Of a DNA stretch of 34,829 bases, positions 16,904-27,365 are shown piece by piece. Below the pieces are notes generated by a model that saw nothing but the letters and a program-made list of their open reading frames with translations, was not told the DNA's origin and did no database searches. The stretch is from NCBI GenBank assembly GCA_025963875.1, contig JAOPZY010000184.1, positions 1-34,829 on the forward strand. The letters are read 5' to 3'. The first letter of the stretch is position 1. Each line of letters begins with the position of its first letter. Made by a program: the position numbers and the translations under genes. This stretch comes from Actinomycetota bacterium (GTDB lineage Bacteria > Actinomycetota > CADDZG01 > JAHWKV01 > JAOPZY01).

Positions 16904-18094
16904 ATGAAGCTGCCCAGTCTCGATTCGCTGCACGTCGCCGGGAAACGTGTCCTCGTCCGATCGGACCTCAACGTCCCGCTGGCCGACGGCCCCGACGGAT
17001 GGGTCGTCGCCGACGACACGCGCATCCGGGCGAGCCTCCCCACCATCCGCGCCCTGATCGACCGCAAGGCAACGGTGATCGTGTGCTCGCACCTCGGGCG
17101 GCCGAAGGGCGAGCGCAACCCGAAGTACTCGCTGGCCCCCGTCGCGGAGGCGCTGTCGAAGCTGCTGCGGATGAAGGTGCGCCTGACGTCGATGCCCACC
17201 GGCCCCGCCGATGAGCTGGACGGGCTGGGCCCCGACGAAGTGGCTCTGCTGGAGAACCTGAGGTACGACCCGGGCGAGGAGGCCAACGACAAGCGGTTCG
17301 CCGCGCGCCTGGCGGCGCTGGCCGACGCCTACGTCGACGACGCCTTCGGGGCGGTGCACCGGGCGCACGCCTCGGTGGTCGGTGTGGCCGAGCAGCTTCC
17401 CTCCGCGGCGGGCCTGCTGCTGCAGAAGGAGGTCGACGTGCTGTCCCGGCTCGTGGAGTCGCCCGACCGCCCGTTCGTGCTCGTCCTCGGCGGGGCCAAG
17501 GTGTCGGACAAGATCGGCGTCGTGGCCAACTTCCTCCGGCGGGCGGACGCCATCCTCATCGGGGGGGCGATGGCCAACACCTTCCTCGCCGCCCGGGGCC
17601 AGAAGGTCGGCACCTCCAGGATCGAGCCCGACCGGCTGGCCGAGGTCCGCAGGACGCTGGCGTCGGCGTCCAAGGCAGGGGTCGAGATCGTCCTGCCGTC
17701 CGACGTGGTGGTCGCGGAGGCCTTCGACGAGCATGCCGAGCCCACGGTGGTGTCGGTCAACGCCATCCCGGACGACAGGATGGCCCTCGACATCGGCCCC
17801 GCCACCGCAGCCAAGTTCGGCGCCTGGGTGGGCCGGGCCGCCACCGTGCTGTGGAACGGCCCCATGGGGGTCTTCGAGTGGGAGTCCTTCTCCAACGGGA
17901 CCAAGGACGTCGCCAAGGCCGTCGCCTCGTCCAAGGCCTTCACGGTCGTCGGCGGCGGCGACTCGGCGGCGGCACTGGCGGCATTCGGGCTCGAGAACGA
18001 CGTCTCGCACCTGTCCACAGGCGGGGGCGCCTCGCTCGAGTTCCTCGAGGGCCGGGAGCTGCCGGGCCTCAAGGCACTCCTGGCGGCCAACTAA
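16904..18094 (+). CDS. pgk: Phosphoglycerate kinase
   Basis: GKRVLVRSDLNVP, SHLGRPKG, LLENLR, DAFG.VHRAHAS, GGAKVSDKI, WNGPMGVFE, STGGGASLE. Confidence 0.98.
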   Translation: MKLPSLDSLHVAGKRVLVRSDLNVPLADGPDGWVVADDTRIRASLPTIRALIDRKATVIVCSHLGRPKGERNPKYSLAPVAEALSKLLRMKVRLTSMPTGPADELDGLGPDEVALLENLRYDPGEEANDKRFAARLAALADAYVDDAFGAVHRAHASVVGVAEQLPSAAGLLLQKEVDVLSRLVESPDRPFVLVLGGAKVSDKIGVVANFLRRADAILIGGAMANTFLAARGQKVGTSRIEPDRLAEVRRTLASASKAGVEIVLPSDVVVAEAFDEHAEPTVVSVNAIPDDRMALDIGPATAAKFGAWVGRAATVLWNGPMGVFEWESFSNGTKDVAKAVASSKAFTVVGGGDSAAALAAFGLENDVSHLSTGGGASLEFLEGRELPGLKALLAAN

Positions 18095-18131
18095 AGCCAA
18101 ACGAAGCCAACTCAACGGGGGAAGGCAGCCG

Positions 18132-18905
18132 ATGCGACGCCCGATCATCGCGGCCAACTGGAAGATGCACAAAACCCATCTCGAGGCGATGCACTTCGTC
18201 GAGAGCCTCCGCAACCGCCTGGCGCCATCGGACTACGACCGGGTCGAGGTGGTCGTCTGCCCCCCCTTCACGGCGCTGCGCACCGTGCAGACCACCATCG
18301 ACGGGGCCGATCTCGACATCGGCCTGGGCGCCCAGAACATGCACTGGGAGGAGAAGGGCGCCTACACCGGCGAGATCTCCTCCCCGATGCTCGTGAAGCT
18401 CAGCGTCACCTACGTCATCATCGGCCACTCCGAGCGCCGGGAGATCTTCGGGGAGACCGACGAATGGGTCAACAAGAAGGTGAAGGCGGCCTTCGAGCAC
18501 GACCTGCTGCCGATCATGTGCGTGGGGGAGACCCTCGCCGAGCGGGAGGAGGGCGGTACCGAGGCGAAGGTCGAGCGCCAGGTCCGGGCCGGCCTGGCGG
18601 GCGTCCCCAAGGACCGGCTGCCGTCGCTGGTCATCGCCTACGAGCCCATCTGGGCGATCGGGACGGGCCGCAACGCCTATCCCGACGACGCGCAGGCCAC
18701 GATCGCCTTCATCCGCTCGACGGTGCGGTCGGTTGCCGGGGACGCCGCGGACGAGGTCCGGATCCAGTACGGCGGGAGCGTCAAGGCAGGCAACATTGCG
18801 GGCTTCATGGCGCAGCCAGACATCGACGGTGCGCTGGTGGGTGGGGCGAGCCTCGATCCCGAGGAGTTCGCCCTCATCGTCCGTTACGACACCAGCTCTT
18901 CGTGA
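18132..18905 (+). CDS. tpiA: Triosephosphate isomerase
   Basis: IAANWKMHKT, GAYTGEIS, IGHSERR, AYEPIWAIGTG, YGGSV, DGALVGGASL. Confidence 0.98.
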   Translation: MRRPIIAANWKMHKTHLEAMHFVESLRNRLAPSDYDRVEVVVCPPFTALRTVQTTIDGADLDIGLGAQNMHWEEKGAYTGEISSPMLVKLSVTYVIIGHSERREIFGETDEWVNKKVKAAFEHDLLPIMCVGETLAEREEGGTEAKVERQVRAGLAGVPKDRLPSLVIAYEPIWAIGTGRNAYPDDAQATIAFIRSTVRSVAGDAADEVRIQYGGSVKAGNIAGFMAQPDIDGALVGGASLDPEEFALIVRYDTSSS

Positions 18906-19047
18906 GGTGTGTCCCCAGCGACTAGGCATTTCGTCCGAGAACGACCATGGCAGAAGATGGGGCAGCTAGCGAAACGCCCATTACCAAGCTGCTAAACTCG
19001 GCAGCATTAACCACACCAATCACACGCACACCCGCAGGTGACCGCGC

Positions 19048-19290
19048 ATGCACTGGCTGAGGCTGACCAACCTCATCGTCCTGATTCACGTCCTGGTGGG
19101 GGGCACGCTCGTGCTCTTCATCCTCCTGCACGCGGGCCGGGGCGGTGGCCTCTCGGACATGTTCGGCGGGGGCATGGGCGGTGGCCTCTCGGGGTCCTCC
19201 GCGGTGGAGCGCAACCTCGACCGGTTCACGGTGGTCCTCGGTTTGATCTTCGGCATCACCACGGTCTTGCTGGCCCTCCGACTCAAGTAG
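19048..19290 (+). CDS. secG: Preprotein translocase subunit SecG
   Basis: Two TM helices around ILLHAGRGGGLSDMFGGG...SSAVERNLDRFT; follows tpiA. Confidence 0.93.
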   Translation: MHWLRLTNLIVLIHVLVGGTLVLFILLHAGRGGGLSDMFGGGMGGGLSGSSAVERNLDRFTVVLGLIFGITTVLLALRLK

Positions 19291-19387
19291 GAATCCGGCA
19301 GCGAGTGCAACGCGCGCCGGGTACCGGGAGTCAAGCATCGGCAGAGTTACAGGCTGAACGCAGTTCCCGACTCCCGGAGGTGAGCTT

Positions 19388-21040
19388 GTGAGCAAACGCA
19401 GGGTCGTACCGGTCGTTGCGTGGGTGGTTGCGCTGGTCATTCTCGCCACGGCCTGCAAGTCGGCCAAGACCGGTGCGCCGGCCGCCACGCCGACGGGGGG
19501 CACCTTCACCGTCGAATCCCAGGAGCCCGGCTCCCTCGATCCACCCCTGGCCTCCGGTTCCGAGGACCTGCGGGTGGTCCACGAGCTCTTCGACGGCCTG
19601 ATTCTCTACGACGACAAGACCGCCGCGGTGACGCCCGGGGTGGCCACCTCCTGGGCACCCAACGCCGACAACACCAAGTTCACGTTCCACCTGCGGTCCG
19701 GCACGAAGTTCTCCAACGGCGAGGACGTGACGGCGGAGAGCTTCGTGCGGGGGATGACCCGCTCCCTCACCCCCAAGTTCTACAACGATCCCAACGGTCT
19801 CGGGTACCACCTCGATGGTGTCCTGGGGGCGGCCGCTGTGAGCAAGGGCGTCACCACGACCCTGACCGGGGCGGTCGCCAAGGACAAGACCACGCTGGAG
19901 GTGGACCTCTCGGCGCCGGATGCCGAGTTCGTCGTGCGGACGGGGCACATGCCGTTCCTCCCGATCCCGAGCGACGCCGCCATGGCCGCTCAGAAGCCGT
20001 CGTGGTCGGAGAACCCGATCGGCAACGGCCCCTTCAAGATGAAGGAGGCATGGGTCCACCAGCAGTCCATCACCCTCGTCCCCAACCCCACCTACTACGG
20101 CACGAAGCCGAAGGTGGACCAGGTCGTCTACAAGATCTTCCCGGACCAGGACACCTCCTACCTGCAGTGGCAGGCCGGTAATCTCGACTGGACCCGCATC
20201 CCCCCGGCGAAGATCCCCGAAGGCAAGGCCCAGAACCCGGGCAACTACATCATCCAGGACGTGGGGGGCATCAACTACCTCTCCACGCGCTACACGCTGG
20301 CACCGACCAGCAACAAGCTCTTCGACCAGGCGATCTCGCTGTCGTTCGACCGCCAGGCAATCTCCAACGCCGTGTTCTCGGGGCTCAACACGCCCGCGGC
20401 GGGGATCGTGCCCCCCCTGATCCCCGGTTCCCAATCCAAGGGCACCAGCGGGCCGTGCAAGTACTGCACCTACGACCCCGCCCGGGCCAAGGCCCTGTTC
20501 AAGCAGTTCACGGATGGCGGCGGCACGGTCAAGGAGCCGTTCCCGATGTACTTCAACGCCGGGGCCGGCCACGACGCCTGGATGCAGGCGATCGCCAACC
20601 AGATCCAGACCACCCTCGGCTTCAAGGTCCAGGCAATCGCCGCGACGGCGCAGTTCACGGGTGCCGAGAGCTACTCGAAGTTCATCGGCAAGGACGCTCC
20701 CGCCAGCGCCAACCGCTTCGGCTGGAGCCTGGACTACCCGACGCCCGACAACTTCCTCTACCCGCTGTTCTCGACGGGCAGCGCCGACAACAAGTCCCAG
20801 TACTCCAACCCGGCGTTCGACGCGCTGATCAAGCAGGCCCGGGCCGAGCCGGACGCCACCAAGCGGGTGAAGATCTACCAGCAGGCCGAGGACATCGTGC
20901 TGGAGGATCTCCCGATCATCCCGGTGTGGTGGCGTACCCAGATCCGGCTGGCGAAGCTGAACAAGTGGGGCGGCCTCGGCATGGACCCGTACGAGGACCC
21001 CGCCGTCCGCACGGTCTACCTCAAGGCAGCCTCGAGCTGA
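19388..21040 (+). CDS. oppA: Peptide ABC transporter substrate-binding lipoprotein (family 5), copy 1
   Basis: Lipobox LATAC; EP.SLDP, LFDGL, A.SW, FTFHLR...KFSNG..VTAE.F, GNGPF, RFGWSLDYP; SD ggaggt. Confidence 0.92.
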   Translation: MSKRRVVPVVAWVVALVILATACKSAKTGAPAATPTGGTFTVESQEPGSLDPPLASGSEDLRVVHELFDGLILYDDKTAAVTPGVATSWAPNADNTKFTFHLRSGTKFSNGEDVTAESFVRGMTRSLTPKFYNDPNGLGYHLDGVLGAAAVSKGVTTTLTGAVAKDKTTLEVDLSAPDAEFVVRTGHMPFLPIPSDAAMAAQKPSWSENPIGNGPFKMKEAWVHQQSITLVPNPTYYGTKPKVDQVVYKIFPDQDTSYLQWQAGNLDWTRIPPAKIPEGKAQNPGNYIIQDVGGINYLSTRYTLAPTSNKLFDQAISLSFDRQAISNAVFSGLNTPAAGIVPPLIPGSQSKGTSGPCKYCTYDPARAKALFKQFTDGGGTVKEPFPMYFNAGAGHDAWMQAIANQIQTTLGFKVQAIAATAQFTGAESYSKFIGKDAPASANRFGWSLDYPTPDNFLYPLFSTGSADNKSQYSNPAFDALIKQARAEPDATKRVKIYQQAEDIVLEDLPIIPVWWRTQIRLAKLNKWGGLGMDPYEDPAVRTVYLKAASS

Positions 21041-21122
21041 TCACCACGGACGACACTGCGGTCGCCCAGCGAGCGGACCGGGTGCCGCCGCTGAAACCGG
21101 GACGGGCTGTGGAGGCGGCGGC

Positions 21123-22061
21123 GTGACGCGCTACATCGTCCGCCGCCTCCTGCAGATGGTGCTCGTGTTCTTCGGGGCGACGTTCCTGCTGTTCGCCGCG
21201 CTGTACCTGCTCCCGGGGGACCCCACCCAGGCGCTCGGCTCCGACCGCACGCTGGCCCCGGCGACCGTCCAGGCGATCCGGGCCCGCTACCACCTGGACG
21301 ACCCCGTCTACGTCCAGTACGCGACCTACATCAAGGACATCGCCCGGGGCGACCTCGGGACCTCGATCCAGCTCCGCAGGCCCGTGAGCCAGATCATGCG
21401 CGATTCCATCCCCTGGTCCGTCAAGCTGGCGCTGTCCGCGACAGCGGTCGAGATCATCCTCGGGATCGGCAGCGGGGTGATCTCCGCCATCAAGCGCTAT
21501 TCGTTCCTCGACACGCTCTCGACGGTGTCGACGAGCGTCCTGATCGCGATCCCGGTCTTCTGGCTGGGGCTCATGCTGCAGATCCTCTTCGGCCTGAAGT
21601 TCCGGGGGACCTTCCTGGGGCTTCCGATCTCGGGCGTCACCGACGGCTGGAAGAGCTACGTCCTGCCCTCCATCACCCTGGCCTCGGCCGTGACGGCCGT
21701 CACGGCCCGCCTGACCCGCACGACGATGCTCGAGGTGATGCGTCAGGACTACGTCCGCACCGCCTCCGCCAAGGGCCTCTCCCGGCGGGCGGTGGTGTTC
21801 AAGCACGCGCTGCGCAACGCCCTGATCCCGGTGGTCACCAACATCGGCCTCGACTTCGGCACGCTCATCGGCGGCGCCATCCTCACCGAGACCGTCTACG
21901 CCTGGCCCGGGGTGGGGCGCCAGGTCTACTTCGCCATCATCGCCCACGACAATCCGGTGATCATCGGGTCGACGATCGTCTTCGTCTTCGCATTCATGGT
22001 CGTGAACCTCATCGTCGACATCTCCTACGCCGTCCTGGATCCGAGGATCCGCTATGTCTGA
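21123..22061 (+). CDS. oppB: Peptide ABC transporter permease
   Basis: YIVRRLLQ, LPGDP, GDLGTS, EVMRQDYVRTASAKGL, KHALRNALIPVVT, GAILTETV..WPGVG. Confidence 0.93.
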   Translation: MTRYIVRRLLQMVLVFFGATFLLFAALYLLPGDPTQALGSDRTLAPATVQAIRARYHLDDPVYVQYATYIKDIARGDLGTSIQLRRPVSQIMRDSIPWSVKLALSATAVEIILGIGSGVISAIKRYSFLDTLSTVSTSVLIAIPVFWLGLMLQILFGLKFRGTFLGLPISGVTDGWKSYVLPSITLASAVTAVTARLTRTTMLEVMRQDYVRTASAKGLSRRAVVFKHALRNALIPVVTNIGLDFGTLIGGAILTETVYAWPGVGRQVYFAIIAHDNPVIIGSTIVFVFAFMVVNLIVDISYAVLDPRIRYV

Positions 22062-23001
22062 CGCGGCAGTCCAGCCCGGACCTTTCGTGGTCGAACCCGT
22101 GACCCCGGGGGGCCTGGACGCCGGGGTAGGGGGGGCCGCCGCCGAACTGCCCATGATGACCCTCTGGGGCGACGTGTGGCGCAGGCTGCGACGCAACAAG
22201 CTGGCCATCCTCGGCAGCGCCATCATCCTGGGGCTGGTACTGACGGCGGCGCTCGCGCCCCTGATCGCACCGTACTCACCGGACGCCCAGAACCTGTCCA
22301 ACTTCCTCGCGCCGCCGTCACTGCGGCACTGGTTCGGCACCGACAACCTCGGGCGGGACTACTTCAGCCGGGTCGTCTACGGCTCGCGGGTCTCGATCAG
22401 CATCGGCATCGTCGCCACATTCATCTCCGTGGCCATCGGGATGAGCCTCGGCGCCGTCTCCGGCTACTTCGGGGGCAAGATCGACGCCGTCGTCATGCGC
22501 GTCGCCGACGTCTTCTTCTCGTTCCCCTTCATCGTCGGGGCGATCATCATCATCACCGCCCTTGGCCCCTCGTTCCCGCGCCTGCTCGCCCTGTTCATCG
22601 CCATCGGCGTGCTCGGCTGGGCGACGGTGGGCAGGATCTTCCGGTCCAGCGTCCTGCAGGTGCGGCAGGCCGACTACGTCGAGGCGGCGCGGGCACTGGG
22701 GGCCGGCCACTTCCGCATCCTGACCCGCCACGTGGTCCCCAACGCGATCGCCCCGGTCATGGTGTACAGCACGATCTACACCGGGCTCGTCATCCTCACC
22801 GAGGCGGCACTGTCGTTCCTCGGGTTCGGCGTCGCGTCCGGGACCCCGGCCTGGGGCCTCATGGTCGCAGACGGCAAGAGCTCGCTCACCAGCCAGCCGT
22901 GGCTGGTCCTGTTCCCGGGCCTGGCGATCGTCCTCACCGTCCTCGGCTTCATCTTCCTGGGCGACGGGTTGCGCGACTCCATGGACCCACGGCTGCGCTG
23001 A
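22054..23001 (+). CDS. oppC: Peptide ABC transporter permease
   Basis: WRRLRRNKLA, HWFGTDNLGRD, DYVEAARALGA, RHVVPN, EAALSFLG, GDGLRD. Confidence 0.93.
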   Translation: MSDAAVQPGPFVVEPVTPGGLDAGVGGAAAELPMMTLWGDVWRRLRRNKLAILGSAIILGLVLTAALAPLIAPYSPDAQNLSNFLAPPSLRHWFGTDNLGRDYFSRVVYGSRVSISIGIVATFISVAIGMSLGAVSGYFGGKIDAVVMRVADVFFSFPFIVGAIIIITALGPSFPRLLALFIAIGVLGWATVGRIFRSSVLQVRQADYVEAARALGAGHFRILTRHVVPNAIAPVMVYSTIYTGLVILTEAALSFLGFGVASGTPAWGLMVADGKSSLTSQPWLVLFPGLAIVLTVLGFIFLGDGLRDSMDPRLR

Positions 23002-23002
23002 C

Positions 23003-24124
23003 GTGACGCCGGAGGTCGGCGACATCCCGGAGCCGTCCGAGGCCGGCGCGCCGCTGCTCGACATCCGCGACCTCCGGGTCCACTTCTTCACGGACTTCGG
23101 CGTCGTGAAGGCGGTGGACGGCGTGAGCTACTCGCTGGCCGCGGGGGAGACCCTGGCGATCGTGGGGGAGTCCGGCTCCGGCAAGAGCGTCAGCGCCCTC
23201 GCCACGATGGGCCTCATCGCCCCGCCGGGCAGGGTGGTGTCGGGCAGCATCTGGTTCCAGGGGCGGAACGTGCTGGAGCTGGACGAGGAGGAGCTCCGGC
23301 GGATCCGGGGCAACCGCATCGGGATGGTGTTCCAGGACCCCCTGACCTCCCTGAACCCGGTCTTCTCGGTGGGGTCGCAGATCGCCGAGGCCGTGCGCGC
23401 CCATTCCAAGGTGGGACGTCGGGCGGCGAAGCGCCGTGCCGTCGAGATGATGGAGATCGTGGGCATCCCCAACGCTGCGGAGCGCACCGGCGACTACCCC
23501 CACCACTTCTCAGGCGGCATGCGCCAGCGAGTCATGATCGCCATGGCGCTCGCGATGAACCCGGCCCTCCTCATCGCGGACGAGCCGACCACTGCGCTGG
23601 ACGTCACCGTGCAGGCCCAGGTGCTCGACCTCCTGTCCTCCCTGCAGGAGGAGTTCAAGATGGCGATGGTCCTCATCACCCACGACCTCGGCGTGGTGGC
23701 CGAGCAGGCGGACAGGGTGGCGGTCATGTACGCCGGACGGATCGTGGAGCAGGCCTCCGTCGACGACCTGTACTACCGGCCGCAGCACCCGTACACGATG
23801 GGGCTGATGAGCTCGATCGCCCGCCTCGACCGGGAGCGGACCGGCCGGCTCCACCCCATCAAGGGCCAGCCGCCGAGCCTGGTCAACGTCCCGCCCGGCT
23901 GTGCCTTCCACCCCCGCTGCCCCTACGTGCAGGACATCTGCCGCCGGGAGCGCCCGGAGCTGGTCGCCCATGAGGTCGCTGGCACGTCGGCCTGGTCGAA
24001 GGGGGGCGAGGAGGCTGGGATCGGCGACGCGGAACACCTTGCCGCCTGCCACTTCGCCGGTGCGCTGCCCGACCTGCCCGCGGAGGCCGCAGAGGCAGCG
24101 GGGACCGCAGGGGCCGCAGGGTGA
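23003..24124 (+). CDS. oppD: Peptide ABC transporter ATPase
   Basis: [49 protein letters not shown]. Confidence 0.94.
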   Translation: MTPEVGDIPEPSEAGAPLLDIRDLRVHFFTDFGVVKAVDGVSYSLAAGETLAIVGESGSGKSVSALATMGLIAPPGRVVSGSIWFQGRNVLELDEEELRRIRGNRIGMVFQDPLTSLNPVFSVGSQIAEAVRAHSKVGRRAAKRRAVEMMEIVGIPNAAERTGDYPHHFSGGMRQRVMIAMALAMNPALLIADEPTTALDVTVQAQVLDLLSSLQEEFKMAMVLITHDLGVVAEQADRVAVMYAGRIVEQASVDDLYYRPQHPYTMGLMSSIARLDRERTGRLHPIKGQPPSLVNVPPGCAFHPRCPYVQDICRRERPELVAHEVAGTSAWSKGGEEAGIGDAEHLAACHFAGALPDLPAEAAEAAGTAGAAG

Positions 24125-25227
24125 GTCGCGCCGCTCCCGTCCCCACCATGCCCGCTTCCGACGCCGACTCCGCCGAGCTGCTCTCGGTGCGGCATCTCGT
24201 GAAGCACTTCCCGGTCACGCAGGGCATCGTCTTCAAGCGGCAGGTCGGCACCGTCAGCGCCGTCGAGGACGTCTCCCTGTCCATCCGCAAGGGCGAGACG
24301 CTCGGGCTGGTGGGGGAGTCGGGGTGCGGCAAGTCCACCGCGGCACGGTGCATCCTGCGGTTGCTCGAGCCCACGTCGGGGTCCCTCCTGTTCGAGGGGG
24401 AGGACTTCACCCGGGCTGGCCGGGGGCGGATGCAGGAGCTGCGGCGGGAGATGCAGATCATCTTCCAGGACCCCTTCTCCTCGCTGAACCCCCGGATGAC
24501 CGTACGCAGCATCGTTTCCGAGCCGTTGATCATCCACGGCATCTACGAGCGTGAGGGGGGCATCTCCTACGTCGGGGACCTGCTGGAGCGGGTGGGGCTC
24601 AACCCCGAGCACGGCAACCGCTATCCGCACGAGTTCTCGGGCGGTCAGCGCCAGCGGATCGGTGTGGCCAGAGCCCTGGCGCTGCGCCCGAAGCTGATCA
24701 TCTGCGACGAGCCGGTGTCGGCACTGGACGTCTCCGTGCAGGCCCAGATCGTCAACCTGCTCGAGGACCTGCAGGACGAGTTCGCCCTCACGTACCTCTT
24801 CATCGCCCACGACCTGTCGATCGTCCGGCACATCAGCGACCGGGTGGCGGTCATGTACCTGGGCAAGATCGTCGAGGTCGGCGACCGCACCGACCTGTAC
24901 GAGCGCCCCCTGCACCCCTACACCCAGGGCCTGCTGTCCGCCATCCCCGTCCCGGATCCCAACAAGGAGCGCGGCCGCGAGCGGGTCATCCTGCGGGGCG
25001 ACGTCCCCAGTCCCCTCAACCCCCCGTCGGGGTGCCGGTTCCACCCCCGCTGCTTCCGGGCCGAGGAGGTGGCTCGTACCCAGGCGGTCGACACCGTGGG
25101 GGTGGGGCGGAGCGGGCGGCTGGTGCCGAGGATCTGCACCGAAGAGGAGCCTGCCCTCGTGGAGCGGGGCTTGGGGCCGCTGCACCCCGCGGCGTGCCAC
25201 TTCGCCGTCGTGAAGGACGTCGTGTGA
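24121..25227 (+). CDS. oppF: Peptide ABC transporter ATPase
   Basis: [53 protein letters not shown] overlap. Confidence 0.94.
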   Translation: MSRAAPVPTMPASDADSAELLSVRHLVKHFPVTQGIVFKRQVGTVSAVEDVSLSIRKGETLGLVGESGCGKSTAARCILRLLEPTSGSLLFEGEDFTRAGRGRMQELRREMQIIFQDPFSSLNPRMTVRSIVSEPLIIHGIYEREGGISYVGDLLERVGLNPEHGNRYPHEFSGGQRQRIGVARALALRPKLIICDEPVSALDVSVQAQIVNLLEDLQDEFALTYLFIAHDLSIVRHISDRVAVMYLGKIVEVGDRTDLYERPLHPYTQGLLSAIPVPDPNKERGRERVILRGDVPSPLNPPSGCRFHPRCFRAEEVARTQAVDTVGVGRSGRLVPRICTEEEPALVERGLGPLHPAACHFAVVKDVV

Positions 25228-25556
25228 CCCGGGTCGTTGTCCTTGCCGTCACGGCCCTCGTCCTGGCGCTGGCGCTGGGCGGCGCCGCGTGGAGTCAGGC
25301 GCCGGCCCCGTCGGGCGGGGCGTCGCCCTCGGGTTGCCAGGCAGACCAGCTCTGCATTCCGCAGAGCCCGGCGCCCGGGTCGAATGGCGGGTCTGATGGG
25401 GGCCAGGTGCTGGTGGGTCACGACCCGCCGTCCCACTTCGCCCGCTCGCTCGTGACGATGGGCTGCATCGCCCTGGTCCTGGGGGTCTACCTGGTCATGG
25501 CCGTGACGGGCAAGCGCCTGCCGCTGCCGCGCCGGAGGGCCGGGGGCCGGCGCTGA
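25224..25556 (+). CDS. Small membrane protein (signal peptide, low-complexity loop with Cys pair, C-terminal TM, basic tail)
   Basis: GTG overlapping oppF stop (GTGA); [52 protein letters not shown]; fills the gap between oppF and the next gene. Confidence 0.7.
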   Translation: MTRVVVLAVTALVLALALGGAAWSQAPAPSGGASPSGCQADQLCIPQSPAPGSNGGSDGGQVLVGHDPPSHFARSLVTMGCIALVLGVYLVMAVTGKRLPLPRRRAGGRR

Positions 25557-27286
25557 GGCGGCGGTCTTCGTTCGGCCGCCGCCTGGGGCTGGCCGTCCTC
25601 CTCGTCTGCGTCGCGGTTGGCGTCGTCATGGTGCGGGGCAGGCTCAACCGGTCGACTGCGTCGGGGACCGCGAAGAACCGGGCGGCGGCGGCCTTCGACA
25701 CCAACGCCGGCATCGTGTACTCGCTGGACGAGGAGCCGGTGAACTTCAACTTCCTCACCTCGGACGGGAACGGGGTGGCGATGCTGCAGATCGTCGACCG
25801 CGTCTGGCCGTCGGTGTTCCACGCCGACCCCGCAGCGATCGTCTCCATGGACAAGGCGTTGATGGACTCGGTGACGCTGGTCTCGTCCAACCCGCAGACC
25901 GTCGTCTACAACGTCAACCACCGGGCGACGTGGCAGGACGGCGTCCCCTTCAACGCCGACGACTTCGTCTACAACTGGCAGGCCCAGTCGGGGCTCCCGC
26001 AGTACACGGACGTCGGCGGTGTGCCGTTCGACGCGGCAAGCACGGTCGGCTACAACCAGATCGCGAGCATCACGGCGTCCCCGGACAAGTTCACGGTGAC
26101 CACGACCTACTCCACGCCGTTCGCCGACTGGAGGAGCTTGTTCTCCCCCATGGCTCCGGCCCACATCATGCAGAGGGTCGGCTGGAACAAGGGGCTGCTG
26201 CCCGCAGCCGTCGGTGCCGGCACCTTCATCTCCGCCGGGCCGTTCCTGTTCGCGTCGTACACCCCGGGCAAGGACTTCGTGCTCAACCGCAATCCGCAGT
26301 ACTGGGGCACGCCGTCGAACCTGGCGACCGTTGACTTCCGCTTCGTCAACGACCCCGCGCAGGTGGCGTCGGGTCTCGCCGGCAACGAGATCGACGCCTC
26401 CTATCCCCAGCCCGAGCTCGATCTGGTCCGCCAGCTCAAGAAGGTCCCGACCCTGAAGTTCGACGAGCGGCCCGGTCTGACCTACGAGCACCTGGACTTC
26501 AACGAGGCCAACCCGTTCCTGGCCGACGTCAACCTGCGGCGGGCGATCGCGCTGTCGATCGACCGCACGGACCTGATCGCCCAGACGGTCGGTCAGTACG
26601 CCACCGGCATCGTGCCCGACAACAACCACTTCTTTGCGCCCGGCCAGCCCGAATACCGGGACAACTCCGGCGGCTGGACCACCGCCACCGCCACGGCCGG
26701 CGGGCCGTATGACCACGCCGACATCGAAGGGGCCAGGCGGTTGCTCGCCGGCAGCGGCTACATCCTGAGCCGCGGCGTGCTCACCAGGGCCGGGAGACCG
26801 GTCACGCTTCGGATCACCTCAACCCTGGGGAACACCCTCCGCACCGCCGAGGAGGCCTACGTCATCGCCCAGCTGGCGAAGATCGGCATCAACGCCACCG
26901 AGCAGGACACCGCAGGACTGCGCACTACGCTGAGCTGGCACGACTTCGACCTGATCATCTTCGCCTGGTCGGACACGCCGTTCCCATCGGGCTCCGATCC
27001 GATCTTCCAGACGAAGACCAGGTCCACCGGCGCCCAGAACTACGACTCGTACGCCAACCGGACGGTGGATGCCCTCATCGGCCTGGCGGGCCTCGAGCTC
27101 GACCACGCCAAGCAGGTGTCCCTGTACAACCAGGCGGATGCCATCCTCTGGAAGGACATGGTGACGCTGCCGCTCTTCCAGAAGCCCACCCTGCTCGTGT
27201 ACCAGTCGAGGTACAAGAACATGGTCAACAACATCACCACGGAGGGCCCGGTCTCCAGCATGGAGCAGTGGGGCCTCCCGAAGTGA
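25553..27286 (+). CDS. Family 5 ABC substrate-binding protein, copy 2 (N-terminal TM anchor; probable CTG start)
   Basis: TWQDGVPFNADDF, SAGPF, RNPQYWG, YEHLDFN, LRRAIALSIDR, LPLFQKP; in-frame upstream extension [25 protein letters not shown] from CTG 25553; first ATG is 25628. Confidence 0.85.
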   Translation: MRRRSSFGRRLGLAVLLVCVAVGVVMVRGRLNRSTASGTAKNRAAAAFDTNAGIVYSLDEEPVNFNFLTSDGNGVAMLQIVDRVWPSVFHADPAAIVSMDKALMDSVTLVSSNPQTVVYNVNHRATWQDGVPFNADDFVYNWQAQSGLPQYTDVGGVPFDAASTVGYNQIASITASPDKFTVTTTYSTPFADWRSLFSPMAPAHIMQRVGWNKGLLPAAVGAGTFISAGPFLFASYTPGKDFVLNRNPQYWGTPSNLATVDFRFVNDPAQVASGLAGNEIDASYPQPELDLVRQLKKVPTLKFDERPGLTYEHLDFNEANPFLADVNLRRAIALSIDRTDLIAQTVGQYATGIVPDNNHFFAPGQPEYRDNSGGWTTATATAGGPYDHADIEGARRLLAGSGYILSRGVLTRAGRPVTLRITSTLGNTLRTAEEAYVIAQLAKIGINATEQDTAGLRTTLSWHDFDLIIFAWSDTPFPSGSDPIFQTKTRSTGAQNYDSYANRTVDALIGLAGLELDHAKQVSLYNQADAILWKDMVTLPLFQKPTLLVYQSRYKNMVNNITTEGPVSSMEQWGLPK

Positions 27287-27365
27287 CGCCCGACCTTGCA
27301 TCCGGCGGGCGGGTGCGAAATACCACCGTATGGGTGGAAAATCGGTCCCACCCCCGGTGGTCACG

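Noticed and set aside
15178..17292. Long antisense ORFs over gap/pgk (and similar ones over opp, frr/cdsA and CHAT)
   Set aside because: Typical stop-poor shadow frames in high-GC DNA, with no recognisable motifs
18945..19010. Two small hairpins with GAAA and CTAAA before secG, resembling a c-di-GMP-I riboswitch
   Set aside because: Lacks the GGCAAA and GACGCAAA core; TAAACT is better explained as the secG -10
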